NCBI GenBank assembly: GCA_007376145.1
Contig: VMFP01000004.1
Coordinates: forward strand, 70,988-134,987
Reading direction: 5' to 3'
Length of the DNA stretch: 64,000 bases
Origin: Parcubacteria group bacterium Gr01-1014_38
GTDB lineage: Bacteria; Patescibacteriota; Andersenbacteria; UBA10190; CAIZMI01
Shown: piece by piece, positions 28,473 to 37,992 of the stretch
Layout: each line of letters opens with the position of its first letter
Position numbering within the stretch: position 1 is the first letter of the stretch
Made by a program: the position numbers and the translations under genes
The notes under the pieces: generated by a model
Database searches by the model: none
Told to the model about the DNA's origin: nothing
The model's input: the letters and a program-made list of their open reading frames with translations, nothing else

Positions 28473-29795
28473 TCAAGGTGGCGGGAACGCGCGGGCAAAC
28501 GCGCGGACCTCCTCCCGAAGGCGCGTGAGACGATCGGTGTCCGAGCGATGCAGGAGCGTCTCTGCAATCCAATCTGCGATTCTCCGCATCGCGTCCTCTC
28601 GCATGCCGCGGGTCGTGAGCGGCGGCGTACCCAGGCGCAGTCCGGAAGGATCCTTGGGCGGCCGCGGGTCATCGGGAATCGTGTTTTTATTCGCGGTGAT
28701 GCCGACCAAGTCGAGGGCGGCTTCTGCCTCGGTCCCCGTCAGACCGTGCGGACGCAGGTCAAGAAGGAGAAGGTGCGTGTCTGTTCCGCCGGTGACGAGC
28801 CGGAAGCCGTGCTCCGCGAGACGCTCGGCAAGGGACCGGGCGTTGGCAACAACCTGCCGCGCATAGACGGAGAACTCCGGCTGCAGCGCTTCCTGAAAGC
28901 ACACGGCTTTCGCCGCCGTGACGTGGTCGTGCGGCCCCCCCTGGATTCCGGGGAACACGGCGCGGGCGATCGCCGCGCTGTGCTCCCGCCGGCTGACAAT
29001 GACGCCGCCGCGCGGCCCGCGAAGCGTCTTGTGCGTCGTGAACGTCACGACCGGCGTGAAGGGAAATGGCGAGGGGTGAGCACCACCGACGATGAGGCCA
29101 GCGACGTGGGCGATATCCGCGACGTGGAGAGCACCGACCTCGTCGGCAATGGACTGCAGGGCGCGGAAGTCGATCGCACGCGGATAGGCACTTGCCCCGG
29201 AGAACAGGATGGCGGGACGGACGCGCCGCGCCAGCGCGCGGATCGCGTCGAAGTCGAGGTGCTCGGTCGTCGGATCGAGTGCGTACTGATGCGCCTCATA
29301 GGCGATGCCGGAAAACGCCACCCGATGCCCGTGGGAGAGGTGACCACCGTGTGTCAGCTGAAGCCCAAGGAGGCGACTCCCAAGCGGCGCGAGGCCCAAA
29401 AGAACCGCAATGTTTGCGGACGTGCCGGAATACGGCTGGACATTCGCATCCCATTCCAAGCACTCCTTTCCACGGAGGAACAAACGAAGCGCGCGGGCGC
29501 AGGCAAGATCTTCGACCGCGTCGATCACTTCCTGCCCCCCGTAGTAGCGCTGGCCAGAGTACCCCTCCGAATACTTATTCGTGAGAACCGACGACAGCGC
29601 CGCCCGTACCGCCGGCGATGCGTAGTTTTCTGAAGGGATGAGTTCAAGCCCATCACGCTGGCGCTCTTCCTCCGCGATCAGAAGTCTCTCGACCTCCGGA
29701 TCGGTCCGGACGAGAGGGTCTGCCGACACCTCGTGCAGGGCCGCGCGGGCATCACGCGGGCCTACCGGCTCTCCGAACGTGGCTGCGGAAATCAT
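28473..29795 (-). CDS. glyA: serine hydroxymethyltransferase
   Basis: ...LELIPSENYASPAVRAALSSVLTNKYSEGY...TTHKTLRGPRGG... has the PLP-lysine motif. Confidence 0.9.
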   Translation of the reverse strand: MISAATFGEPVGPRDARAALHEVSADPLVRTDPEVERLLIAEEERQRDGLELIPSENYASPAVRAALSSVLTNKYSEGYSGQRYYGGQEVIDAVEDLACARALRLFLRGKECLEWDANVQPYSGTSANIAVLLGLAPLGSRLLGLQLTHGGHLSHGHRVAFSGIAYEAHQYALDPTTEHLDFDAIRALARRVRPAILFSGASAYPRAIDFRALQSIADEVGALHVADIAHVAGLIVGGAHPSPFPFTPVVTFTTHKTLRGPRGGVIVSRREHSAAIARAVFPGIQGGPHDHVTAAKAVCFQEALQPEFSVYARQVVANARSLAERLAEHGFRLVTGGTDTHLLLLDLRPHGLTGTEAEAALDLVGITANKNTIPDDPRPPKDPSGLRLGTPPLTTRGMREDAMRRIADWIAETLLHRSDTDRLTRLREEVRAFARAFPPP

Positions 29796-29951
29796 GAGCC
29801 TAAAAGAGCATAGGATTGGAAAATCCTAAACGCAAGTGCGCGGACTGCGTTTGGGATACCGAGCGTCGCGCAAACCCCCACGGGAACGTCAGCGCCGGCT
29901 CCGACGTGGGAACCACGCAGACGACGCGGGCAACGAGCGCACGGCAAACGT

Positions 29952-32270
29952 CTATCGCGCCCGACGGAGGTAGACCCGGATGGGAGTCCCGTTCCCACTG
30001 CCGATTTCTCGCTCGAGCCGGTACTTGGCCTCGAGCGCCGACGGGATGCGCGGGTACCGCCCATACGTGTCGTCGAAAAGCTTCTCGGTCACGACTGCCG
30101 CGATGTCGCCACGCTCGAGCATGTCGGCAAGGGGACCAAAATGTCCGTGGTACCCCGGATTCGGCCGGCCGCGCCACGTAGGCTGATCGGCGGACGGGTG
30201 CGCCAGCCTCCCGGGAACAGACCGGTCGGCAAACAGCGGAATCAACACCGCCGCTGCGAGCACCTGGTCATCCGGCGCCGTGAGCGAGCGAACGGCCGTG
30301 ATGGATTCCCGGACGGCGTGCATCGCGAGCGTGCCAGCGTAGGGACGAGCGTGAAGCACCGGGTACCACGCCGCGGTGAGTATCAGGATAAGCCCAGCAA
30401 CAACGGCCGCTCGCGCCGCCAGCCGTTCCGTGGAGCCCCATGGGCTGACGCTTGGGGACTCCGGGCGAAGCTTGGTGAAAAGCGCCTCCAGCACGCGCCC
30501 GAACCCTACGCCCGCAAGCAGGACAAGCCCCGGAAGGAACTCCGCGGCATACTTCTCGTTCGTCTTATAGAAAACGGCGTACGCGAGCGCAGGAGGAATG
30601 AGGAACGAAACGACTTCGAGCGTTTGCGTGCCGCGAAGCCCTCCGGGGAATCCCCGCCCAAGAATCCAGATGGCGAGTGGAACGGAACCGACCACGGCGG
30701 GGACCCACGCATACGCCGACCGCCACTCCCCAGAAAGATAGGGGAAAAAGAATGCTGCCGCAATTCCTCCCGCGACGATGGTGCCCGTCACGCGCCCGCG
30801 GGATGTTCGCCCAGGATACGCCAGTCCCGCAAGCGTCAGCAGTGGAACGAAGTCGCCGAAGATGCGACGCCAGCGACTGATCTTTTGGAGCACGCTTCCC
30901 CTGGACCGTTCGATAAACTCCTGGAGAAGCTCGACGAGAATGCGGGCCCCGTAAACGGCCTCTGGAACGAGTGCCGATGCGGCGAGCCCGAGGAAAACGG
31001 GAACGGATACCAGGGTAGCCGCACGCCGGAAAAACTCTCGAGGGGAGCGCGTCCGAAGCAGGAGCGCGCCTTGGAGAAACCAGAAGATCGCGCTCCAACG
31101 CGTGAGTACACCGAGTCCAAGGAGACCGCTCGCAATCACCAACAGGGAGAACGGAGCAGGTGTCTGCTGGCGCGCGCGAAGAATGCAGATGATCCCGAGG
31201 AGGATGGGAACGGCCATCAGTTGTTCGGTCAGCACCAGGACGCTGTGTGCCGCGGGTGCCGGCGCCAGAAAACCGATCAGAAGCACACCGAGCGCTGCAG
31301 ACGGTCCTACCAGCTGGCGCGCCACGCGCGCCAGGAGTACGGTGCTGAACAGTCCTGCCGCGATGATCAGCAGGCGTGGCTGCAGCGGGTCGGTAAAGGG
31401 CCGGAGTTGATGCGCAAGACCGACGAGCCCGATCAGCACCGGCGATTTCCAGAAATACGGCTGGTGAATATTCCACGTGACACCGTTGTACACGTACGAC
31501 TGCTCGTCGTTCACGAGCGGGTGCTGCACCGCAAACCACCACCGCGCGGCTGCACCGGCAATGAGAAGACCGCACACGATGGCAATCCGCCCCCACCGGG
31601 AATTGAAACGCGTGAAGAGGTGCGCAGTTCTGCGGAGCAGAAATACGGCCACGGAAAGAAGCGCGCCGACACCAACGATGCTTGCGCCGGTCGCAACGGT
31701 CCTCCCAATGTTCGGCGAGAGTGCTTCCCATCGCGGACGCGGTGTGAGGAGTTGAGAAGAAAGCGCGAATGGACGGCGCCCGTCACGCAACGAGCGCCCC
31801 TTTCCCACGCGAAGCAGATGCGCATTCGTGTCTCCTTTCTCATCGCGTTCGTCCACCCACAGACGTACTGGTTGGTCCGGCGATACTCCCCGCGTCGCCA
31901 CCTCGATTGCGACTGTCCGCCCGGCCAGGTTCTGTGGCAAGGCAATACTGAGTTCGACAACATCTCCAGCACCCCGTACCCTCGGCGCCTTGGACGCAAC
32001 AAGTGAATCGCCAGCGACGCCGCTGCGGACCGCGATCCATACCCGTCCCTTCCGAGGCCGATGGTCAGTAAAAAGAGCGAGCCGACCAGTAAATTCCTTT
32101 GGGACTTTCAGGGGCTGCACCAATCGTTCATCGTCAGAGACGAACGCAAACATGCCACTTCGTCCCACCTCTTCCATAACCACTCCAAGAGGACGCGTCA
32201 GCCACCACACTCCGTACCCGACTGCAACAGCGACGAGAAGTGCGATGCCACCGTGCAGGCGTCGAGTCAT
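29952..32270 (-). CDS. GT-C fold membrane glycosyltransferase, ArnT/PMT_2-like, with extra N-terminal extracytoplasmic domain
   Basis: 772 aa. It has LVNDEQSYVYNGVTW (DE motif) and many TM helices. Confidence 0.6.
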   Translation of the reverse strand: MTRRLHGGIALLVAVAVGYGVWWLTRPLGVVMEEVGRSGMFAFVSDDERLVQPLKVPKEFTGRLALFTDHRPRKGRVWIAVRSGVAGDSLVASKAPRVRGAGDVVELSIALPQNLAGRTVAIEVATRGVSPDQPVRLWVDERDEKGDTNAHLLRVGKGRSLRDGRRPFALSSQLLTPRPRWEALSPNIGRTVATGASIVGVGALLSVAVFLLRRTAHLFTRFNSRWGRIAIVCGLLIAGAAARWWFAVQHPLVNDEQSYVYNGVTWNIHQPYFWKSPVLIGLVGLAHQLRPFTDPLQPRLLIIAAGLFSTVLLARVARQLVGPSAALGVLLIGFLAPAPAAHSVLVLTEQLMAVPILLGIICILRARQQTPAPFSLLVIASGLLGLGVLTRWSAIFWFLQGALLLRTRSPREFFRRAATLVSVPVFLGLAASALVPEAVYGARILVELLQEFIERSRGSVLQKISRWRRIFGDFVPLLTLAGLAYPGRTSRGRVTGTIVAGGIAAAFFFPYLSGEWRSAYAWVPAVVGSVPLAIWILGRGFPGGLRGTQTLEVVSFLIPPALAYAVFYKTNEKYAAEFLPGLVLLAGVGFGRVLEALFTKLRPESPSVSPWGSTERLAARAAVVAGLILILTAAWYPVLHARPYAGTLAMHAVRESITAVRSLTAPDDQVLAAAVLIPLFADRSVPGRLAHPSADQPTWRGRPNPGYHGHFGPLADMLERGDIAAVVTEKLFDDTYGRYPRIPSALEAKYRLEREIGSGNGTPIRVYLRRAR

Positions 32271-32322
32271 CGTTGCTTTAAGACCTACGGCAGGCGCGGC
32301 ACAATGCTGGACACGTCAGCGT

Positions 32323-33120
32323 TCACGACTCTTTAGGAACAGTCCGAACAACGACGGCCTCTGTTGCTTTCAGGGTCGCCGACATCCCGCGTCTGTCACG
32401 CAGCGCGGCATGGTGGCGCCACACGTGTCGCGCGAACGCGCGCAAGAACTTCGGTATCTCTCGTGTCAGACGCAGTTTCGAGCCCCCAAAGCGCCGGTCG
32501 TGAAATGCCACCGGAACTTCACTCACCGCATACCCGCGCACATAGGCGAGGAGGATCATTTCAAACAGCAGCGCATTCGTTTTTTCCGTCGTCGCAATCG
32601 CGTGCCAGGTCTCGCGCCGCATGAATCGAAAATTCGCGGAAAAGTCTCCGATGGGGATACCCGTGATCGTGCGCACGATACGATTGCCCAACCTGCTGAC
32701 GAATCGCTTGATCCAGATCTGACGATTCGACGCCTCGTAGACGCTGCCGGCAATATGCCGACTGCCGACAACGAGGTGGTATCCTTCACGTATCCGGGCG
32801 TACAGACGAAGGAGGTCCCAAGGATCAAACGAGAGATCCGCGTCCATCGAGGCAATCACCTTCCCGCGGCTTTCGTCATAGCCAACGCGGAGAGCGGCGC
32901 CGATGCCTTCTTTCCGTTCCTTTGTCACGAGACGGACCGGATATCCAGCGTCGCACAATGCCTGCGCCAGTGCTCCCGTACCGTCCGGCGATCGGTCATC
33001 AACAATCACGATCTCGTAGGAAAGCCCATGAAGAGCGTCTGCAACCGCCGGCACAAGACGCGCGATGTTTTCTCTTTCGTTGTACGTGGGGATAACGAGC
33101 GACAGTTCGAGAGCATTCAT
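32323..33120 (-). CDS. GT2 polyprenol-phosphate sugar synthase (Dpm1/GtrB-like)
   Basis: LSLVIPTYNERENI...IVIVDDRSPDGT...MDADLSFDP. Confidence 0.8.
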   Translation of the reverse strand: MNALELSLVIPTYNERENIARLVPAVADALHGLSYEIVIVDDRSPDGTGALAQALCDAGYPVRLVTKERKEGIGAALRVGYDESRGKVIASMDADLSFDPWDLLRLYARIREGYHLVVGSRHIAGSVYEASNRQIWIKRFVSRLGNRIVRTITGIPIGDFSANFRFMRRETWHAIATTEKTNALLFEMILLAYVRGYAVSEVPVAFHDRRFGGSKLRLTREIPKFLRAFARHVWRHHAALRDRRGMSATLKATEAVVVRTVPKES

Positions 33121-34361
33121 GACGTGCCTTGGAGAGACTTGGTAACACGAAGATTCTGCGCACCCACGCCAGCCATTTCAGGAGCAGTAAAGACATCGAC
33201 GATTTCCTTCATTTCTTCCTCGGTCAATTCAGGATTATTGCCGACATACAACCCTTGCGCGTGAATGAGCGCGGCATTTGATCGAGACAAGCTCCCCGCA
33301 AGTTGGCCCATGTATTTTCGAAAAAATGGTTGCTGCGTCATGTCGCCCCCCACGATCGGACGAGTTTCAATGCGCCCCTCGCAAGCGGTGACCAGCGAAC
33401 GATGGAGACTCTCCGACTGACAGATAACAGGCAACGCGAAATTAGAAAATGTCTCAAGATGATCATGGCGAAGCGGATAATAGCGATCTGTCAGTCCGTA
33501 GATTGCCGACGCCATGCGATGAAAATTCTTCTCGCGCGTGTGTACAATCTCGGAAAGGTACGGAAGCCCCGCGTTGCCGAGAAATCCCGCAATCTCCGTG
33601 GGACGGAGATTGTACCCAAGGTCGTAAAACGTGTAGCGGGAGTAAAACGTTGAGGCAACCCGATGCTTTTCTCGCAGCGCTGTTTGCGTGGTTCGATCGA
33701 GATTCCGATCCCACCCGTGGGCGCGTACAATGCGCACCATGTTTGCGAGCTCTTGGTCATCCGTGCAGACCGCTCCTCCCTCAATCGTCGAGAACTGATG
33801 CCCGACATAGAATGAGAATGTACTCGCAAGTCCAAAATTCCCAAGGCGCGTTCCCTGGTAGACGGTGCCGAGCGATTCACACGCGTCTTCCAGAAGAACA
33901 ATGCCCCGCTCCGCGCACACATCGCGAATGCGATCAATGTCATCGCACCATCCGAGTACATCGGTAAGAAACAACAGACGCAGCGGATAGGCTTCAAGCT
34001 GATCGAGGAGAGTGCGGCTCGAAACATTCAAGGTATCGAGTTCGCAGTCGATCGGCACGGCGGTGAGTCCCAGTTGCAGTAACGGCATGACATTGGTGGA
34101 CCACGTGAGTGCGGAAAAGCCGACGCGATCGCCCGCGCGAATCCGTTCAAGATTGAACAGCGCCTGCATGAGCGCAAGATTTGCTGAACTTCCGCTGTTG
34201 ACCATCACGCAGTGCTTTCGTTCTTGGAAGATCGCAAAGTTCTTCTCGAACGTCTCGCACGCCGGACCCATGCTGAGCTTTTCGGTGTGGAGGAGAAAAT
34301 CGGCGAGTGCTTCCCGCACCTCCTGCTCGCGATAGAAGCTTGACTTGACGAGGGGAATCAT
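33117..34361 (-). CDS. DegT-family PMP-dependent sugar 3-dehydrase-like enzyme (ColD/E1/SpnQ type: active-site His replaces the PLP-binding Lys)
   Basis: ...VMVNSGSSANLA...FGLASTFSFYVGHQFSTIEGGAV... A His stands where aminotransferases of this fold (e.g. FSFHETKNITSGEGG in the ORF at 24160) have Lys. There is no C-terminal Cys cluster, which makes it ColD/SpnQ-like rather than E1-like. Confidence 0.6.
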   Translation of the reverse strand: MIPLVKSSFYREQEVREALADFLLHTEKLSMGPACETFEKNFAIFQERKHCVMVNSGSSANLALMQALFNLERIRAGDRVGFSALTWSTNVMPLLQLGLTAVPIDCELDTLNVSSRTLLDQLEAYPLRLLFLTDVLGWCDDIDRIRDVCAERGIVLLEDACESLGTVYQGTRLGNFGLASTFSFYVGHQFSTIEGGAVCTDDQELANMVRIVRAHGWDRNLDRTTQTALREKHRVASTFYSRYTFYDLGYNLRPTEIAGFLGNAGLPYLSEIVHTREKNFHRMASAIYGLTDRYYPLRHDHLETFSNFALPVICQSESLHRSLVTACEGRIETRPIVGGDMTQQPFFRKYMGQLAGSLSRSNAALIHAQGLYVGNNPELTEEEMKEIVDVFTAPEMAGVGAQNLRVTKSLQGTS

Positions 34362-34489
34362 ACGATGTGTACGCTCACCGATATGCGGCTAGTGTCCGCG
34401 GAGAGAGAGGATACGTCAATGTTCGTCTCGTGGGTGGGCCCTGACGGCACGTTGCCACGTTCGGCGTTTGTTCCCATGCTGCGTACCAC

Positions 34490-36988
34490 GTGCGCATGAC
34501 ACCCGAACCTTCCTTCCCATGGCCGCGCATATCCGTGGCGGTCATCGTCGCCGTGGCGGTGCTCCTCGGCGTCGTCGCGCTTCGTCTTTCCCTCGTGCAG
34601 ACGGTCCTCAAAACGACGGCGCCGCACACGGACACGGATATCGAGCGCTTCGGTGGCTTGAAGACAGTCGGCCAGTCGTTTGTAAGCCCTTCAGACGGAC
34701 TCGCGGAAATTTCGTTCCGGCTCCGGTCGCCGCTTCCCGTACGATGGTTCCCGCTCTTCTTCCACCTTCGACACGGCCGCTTTGCCACGCGTGACCTCCG
34801 GACCGTCGTGCTCTTGCGGACGGACGTTGAACCGGACGGGGTCGTCACGACGCGTTTCGCCCCGCTCACGAAAAGCAGAGGGAAACCATACGCGTTCGTG
34901 CTTGACGCGCCGTACGCCCCGAGCGGGACATTCGCCGCCTCCCGGCAAATCGACGGATCACTTTACGGGGACGGAACACTGTTCCGGGGAACCGCCGTCC
35001 GCCAGGGAGATTTGGAATTTTCCCTGGGCACGCAATCCGCACTTGGGCGTGTGCTCTGGACCCGTTTCCTTGCGTGGGCAGCGGAGGTGCGCCGCGTCCC
35101 TGGGTTGATGGTGGCACTGTTGCTTGGCAGTACCGTGACGTTGCTTCTGACGATGGCGACAGTGTTTGGCGGCATCGTGACGCTCCTTGCGCTCTGGGCT
35201 CCTTGGTGGACGCAACGCCTCCACCGCACACGCGCGTGGCTTCTTCCGGTCGCACTGGGCACGCTCGCTGTTCTCCACATCGCGCTTCATCTCCCCTTCG
35301 CCCTCTCCTATCCGATTTCGAACGATGAGGGGGCATACCTCATGGACATCCAAAACCTCCGCGTTGGCGCATGGCCGTTTCTCCACACACTCGCGAAGGG
35401 ACCGCTGTTTCTTACGCTGTTCGCGCCGGTTGCATTCAGCTTTCCCGAAGCACTCCTCCCGGCGCGCTTGTTCATTGCCGTGACTTCGGCGTTGATCATT
35501 GTGCCGCTCTACCTCCTCGGCGTCCGCCACAGCGACAGAACTGCCGGGCTTTTCGCCGCTGCGCTGTGGGCGTTTTCTCCCGCCGTCATCGGGCAGACGA
35601 CACACGTCCTTCTCCAACCGCTCGCAGTGCTCCTGGTCGCACTGGCGCTTCTTACCATTTCTCGACAGCGCGATGACACTCCTTGGAGAACGAGATGGGC
35701 GTATGGCGGGGGCGCGCTGCTCGCCGCCGCCTACCTGACCCGTGTCTCTTCCGTCGCGTTCCTCCCCAGTGCGCTTCTCCTCCCGTTCGTGATGCATCCC
35801 CGGCGCGCGGCTTGGCGCACGGCTGCCCGCACTGGTCTCGGTTTCGCACTGACCCTTCTCGTCGCCGCCCTGCTTTTTCTCCCCATCCTCGGTGCGGTCC
35901 GAACGGCCATCACATTCAACGTGGAGGCGGTGCTCATCGGCCAGGCCCGAAACGCGGGTGGGCCCGACGTCGCCGCATTCTGGCCACCACGTGAACTCCT
36001 CGAGCGAATCAGTGCCTATGGAAGCACCCTGTTCCGGACGGGACTCCCGGTCGTGATACTCTGGTGGGCATTTCTCTTAAGTCAGGTCCGCACCGTACTC
36101 CGCCTGCCCGGATGGACCGCGGCGCTGGCATTTCTTGGTGGAGCGCTTCCCCTCCTTTTGGAACTCCAGCGCAACACATACTTCTTCACGGACGACAGCA
36201 ACGCGCCATTCGCGGCACTCGCTCGCATCGCCGCACCGGCGTTCGTCCTTCTGGTGGCCGCACGCCTCCTGACCCTACGCCGCGAGTCGGGAGACCCCGC
36301 CACACTGCGCCGCGCGTGGCGGGGTCTCCTCCTTGGGGGTGGAAGCTGGCTGGCGCTGACCGTCGTCTATGCATATTTCGGGCGTTTCCGGCAGCACTAC
36401 CACATGGAATTTCTTCTTCCGTATATCCTCGGTGCAGCACTCTTCCTTCGGGAGATTCTTGTGGCCGAGAGCGGGCAGGCGCGGGCGCGCTGGCGCACGT
36501 TCGCCCGCCGGGTGCTTGGGCCGCTCGTCGCCGGGGCGCTCGCCGCCGCGACCTTTCTCCTCTACACGCCGACGAAAACGCAATCACACACGGGATCGAT
36601 CGCTGTCGCGACCGCCCACCGCGTCGCGGACATCATCGCATCCGTTTCGGGACCGAGGGAAGAAATCCTCACCGCCCAGGGAATCTTTCCCTTCCTCGCT
36701 GGCCGTTTTCTCCCGTTCGGCGCCTCGCACCCCGGCTGGTACCTCGAAGAACGCGTTGGAACAGTGACGCCCGCCATGCGCCGTCTGTTCCTGCCTGACA
36801 AATCTGTCTTGAGGACGTATGTTCGCGACAAGCCGATCCGCCTCGTCGCGATCGACCGCCGGACGTGGGAAGTCTACTTCCAATTCGACGCAGACATGCG
36901 TGCGCTCGTCGCGGAGTACTTCAAGCTCCTCGCGGAAGTTCCGAATCCGTCCGAGGAACAACCGGTGGAAATTTGGATCCGAAAATGA
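34490..36988 (+). CDS. GT-C fold membrane glycosyltransferase, ArnT/PMT_2-like
   Basis: 832 aa. It has YPISNDEGAYLMDIQN (DE motif) and many TM helices. Confidence 0.6.
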   Translation: MRMTPEPSFPWPRISVAVIVAVAVLLGVVALRLSLVQTVLKTTAPHTDTDIERFGGLKTVGQSFVSPSDGLAEISFRLRSPLPVRWFPLFFHLRHGRFATRDLRTVVLLRTDVEPDGVVTTRFAPLTKSRGKPYAFVLDAPYAPSGTFAASRQIDGSLYGDGTLFRGTAVRQGDLEFSLGTQSALGRVLWTRFLAWAAEVRRVPGLMVALLLGSTVTLLLTMATVFGGIVTLLALWAPWWTQRLHRTRAWLLPVALGTLAVLHIALHLPFALSYPISNDEGAYLMDIQNLRVGAWPFLHTLAKGPLFLTLFAPVAFSFPEALLPARLFIAVTSALIIVPLYLLGVRHSDRTAGLFAAALWAFSPAVIGQTTHVLLQPLAVLLVALALLTISRQRDDTPWRTRWAYGGGALLAAAYLTRVSSVAFLPSALLLPFVMHPRRAAWRTAARTGLGFALTLLVAALLFLPILGAVRTAITFNVEAVLIGQARNAGGPDVAAFWPPRELLERISAYGSTLFRTGLPVVILWWAFLLSQVRTVLRLPGWTAALAFLGGALPLLLELQRNTYFFTDDSNAPFAALARIAAPAFVLLVAARLLTLRRESGDPATLRRAWRGLLLGGGSWLALTVVYAYFGRFRQHYHMEFLLPYILGAALFLREILVAESGQARARWRTFARRVLGPLVAGALAAATFLLYTPTKTQSHTGSIAVATAHRVADIIASVSGPREEILTAQGIFPFLAGRFLPFGASHPGWYLEERVGTVTPAMRRLFLPDKSVLRTYVRDKPIRLVAIDRRTWEVYFQFDADMRALVAEYFKLLAEVPNPSEEQPVEIWIRK

Positions 36989-36992
36989 AGCT

Positions 36993-37100
36993 CCACGGGC
37001 AAGCCCGTGGTATCCCCCGCATACGGTCGCGCCCGAAGGCTTAAGCCCGTGGAGCGGAATCCCGCTCCAGAAGACCATTCATCCACGGGTAAACCCGTGG
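36993..37100. repeat. three tandem stem-loops (REP-like palindromic units) in the gap between convergent genes; probable bidirectional terminator
   Basis: CCACGGGC-AA-GCCCGTGG (36993-37010), TGGAGCGG-AATC-CCGCTCCA (37050-37069) and CCACGGGT-AA-ACCCGTGG (37083-37100). Units 1 and 3 are near-identical. A further ATCCACG/CGTGGAT outer arm lies around unit 3. Confidence 0.5.
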
Positions 37101-37125
37101 TCTTCTGGGGCGTGGATAAACCGCG

Positions 37126-37992
37126 CTAGCCCCGGCTGCGCACGATGAGATCGGCGATCAGACCCATGAGTCCAATTTGAATTCCGACGACGACAAGCAC
37201 GATGCTGGCATCGGAGATGTTTCGCTCGAGCGTGAGGGTGCGAGCCATGTTGGCGATGCCGAGTCCCAAAAACAGGAGGCTGGGGACCGCGAAGAATCTT
37301 AAGGGGCGAAAATACGTCACGATGCGAACGATGAGCGTCAAGAAGTTCGGAAACTCCTGGAACAGACCGCGTCGAAGGGTGATGGTGGATTTCCCGACGC
37401 GCGGCGCGTAGACGACGGGCACCCACCGAACGCCGAGTTTGTTTGTCAGCGCGGCGAGCGTCGCCGTCGTCGTGAACGAGAAGCCGTCGGGAAACAGATG
37501 GAAGAATCGCTCAACGAATTCTCGTCGCATCACGCGCATGCCGGAGTTGAGATCCGGAATGCGCCGACCGACGAGAAACGCCGCCAGTGCGGAAACGATC
37601 ACCTTTCCGGGACGCCGCAGCAGCGGAAACGCCGCGACGTTCCCAACGCGAACGCCGACGACCATCTCGACACCGTCGGTCAACGTCTCCAGGAGGCGTG
37701 GGAAGTCATCCACCGGATACGTACCGTCCGAGTCAATGATGCCAAGGAGGTCGCCGCGCGCAGCGCGGATACCGGTTTTCAGCGCCGCCCCATACCCGCG
37801 GTTCTCCGGGTGGCGGACGACCATCACCGCCGAATGCCGACGAAGAATTTCTGGAGTGTTGTCGGTAGAACCGTCGTCCACGACAAGAATCTCCGACGGC
37901 ATGGAAAGCCTCTCGCGCATACGGAGAAGCCCCGCCAGACTTTTCTCGAGTCCTTGGGCCTCGTTGTAGGTCGGCACGATAATGCTGAGCAC
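37126..37992 (-). CDS. GT2 polyprenol-phosphate glycosyltransferase (GtrB/CsbB-like) with C-terminal TM helices
   Basis: LSIIVPTYNEAQG...ILVVDDGSTDNT...IDSDGTYP, plus two C-terminal hydrophobic helices. Confidence 0.8.
   Translation of the reverse strand: MLSIIVPTYNEAQGLEKSLAGLLRMRERLSMPSEILVVDDGSTDNTPEILRRHSAVMVVRHPENRGYGAALKTGIRAARGDLLGIIDSDGTYPVDDFPRLLETLTDGVEMVVGVRVGNVAAFPLLRRPGKVIVSALAAFLVGRRIPDLNSGMRVMRREFVERFFHLFPDGFSFTTTATLAALTNKLGVRWVPVVYAPRVGKSTITLRRGLFQEFPNFLTLIVRIVTYFRPLRFFAVPSLLFLGLGIANMARTLTLERNISDASIVLVVVGIQIGLMGLIADLIVRSRG

Noticed and set aside
30141-32006. 621-aa ORF on the + strand overlapping the 772-aa GT-C gene
   Set aside because: It is an Arg/Pro/Glu-rich antisense frame with no domain signatures. 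The minus-strand frame has the DE motif and a TM architecture.
34958-35797. 279-aa minus-strand ORF, and 37733-38713 326-aa minus-strand ORF, inside GT-C / YfhO genes
   Set aside because: Both are charged low-complexity translations antisense to well-supported membrane-protein genes. Stop-codon depletion in GC-rich DNA produces such ORFs.
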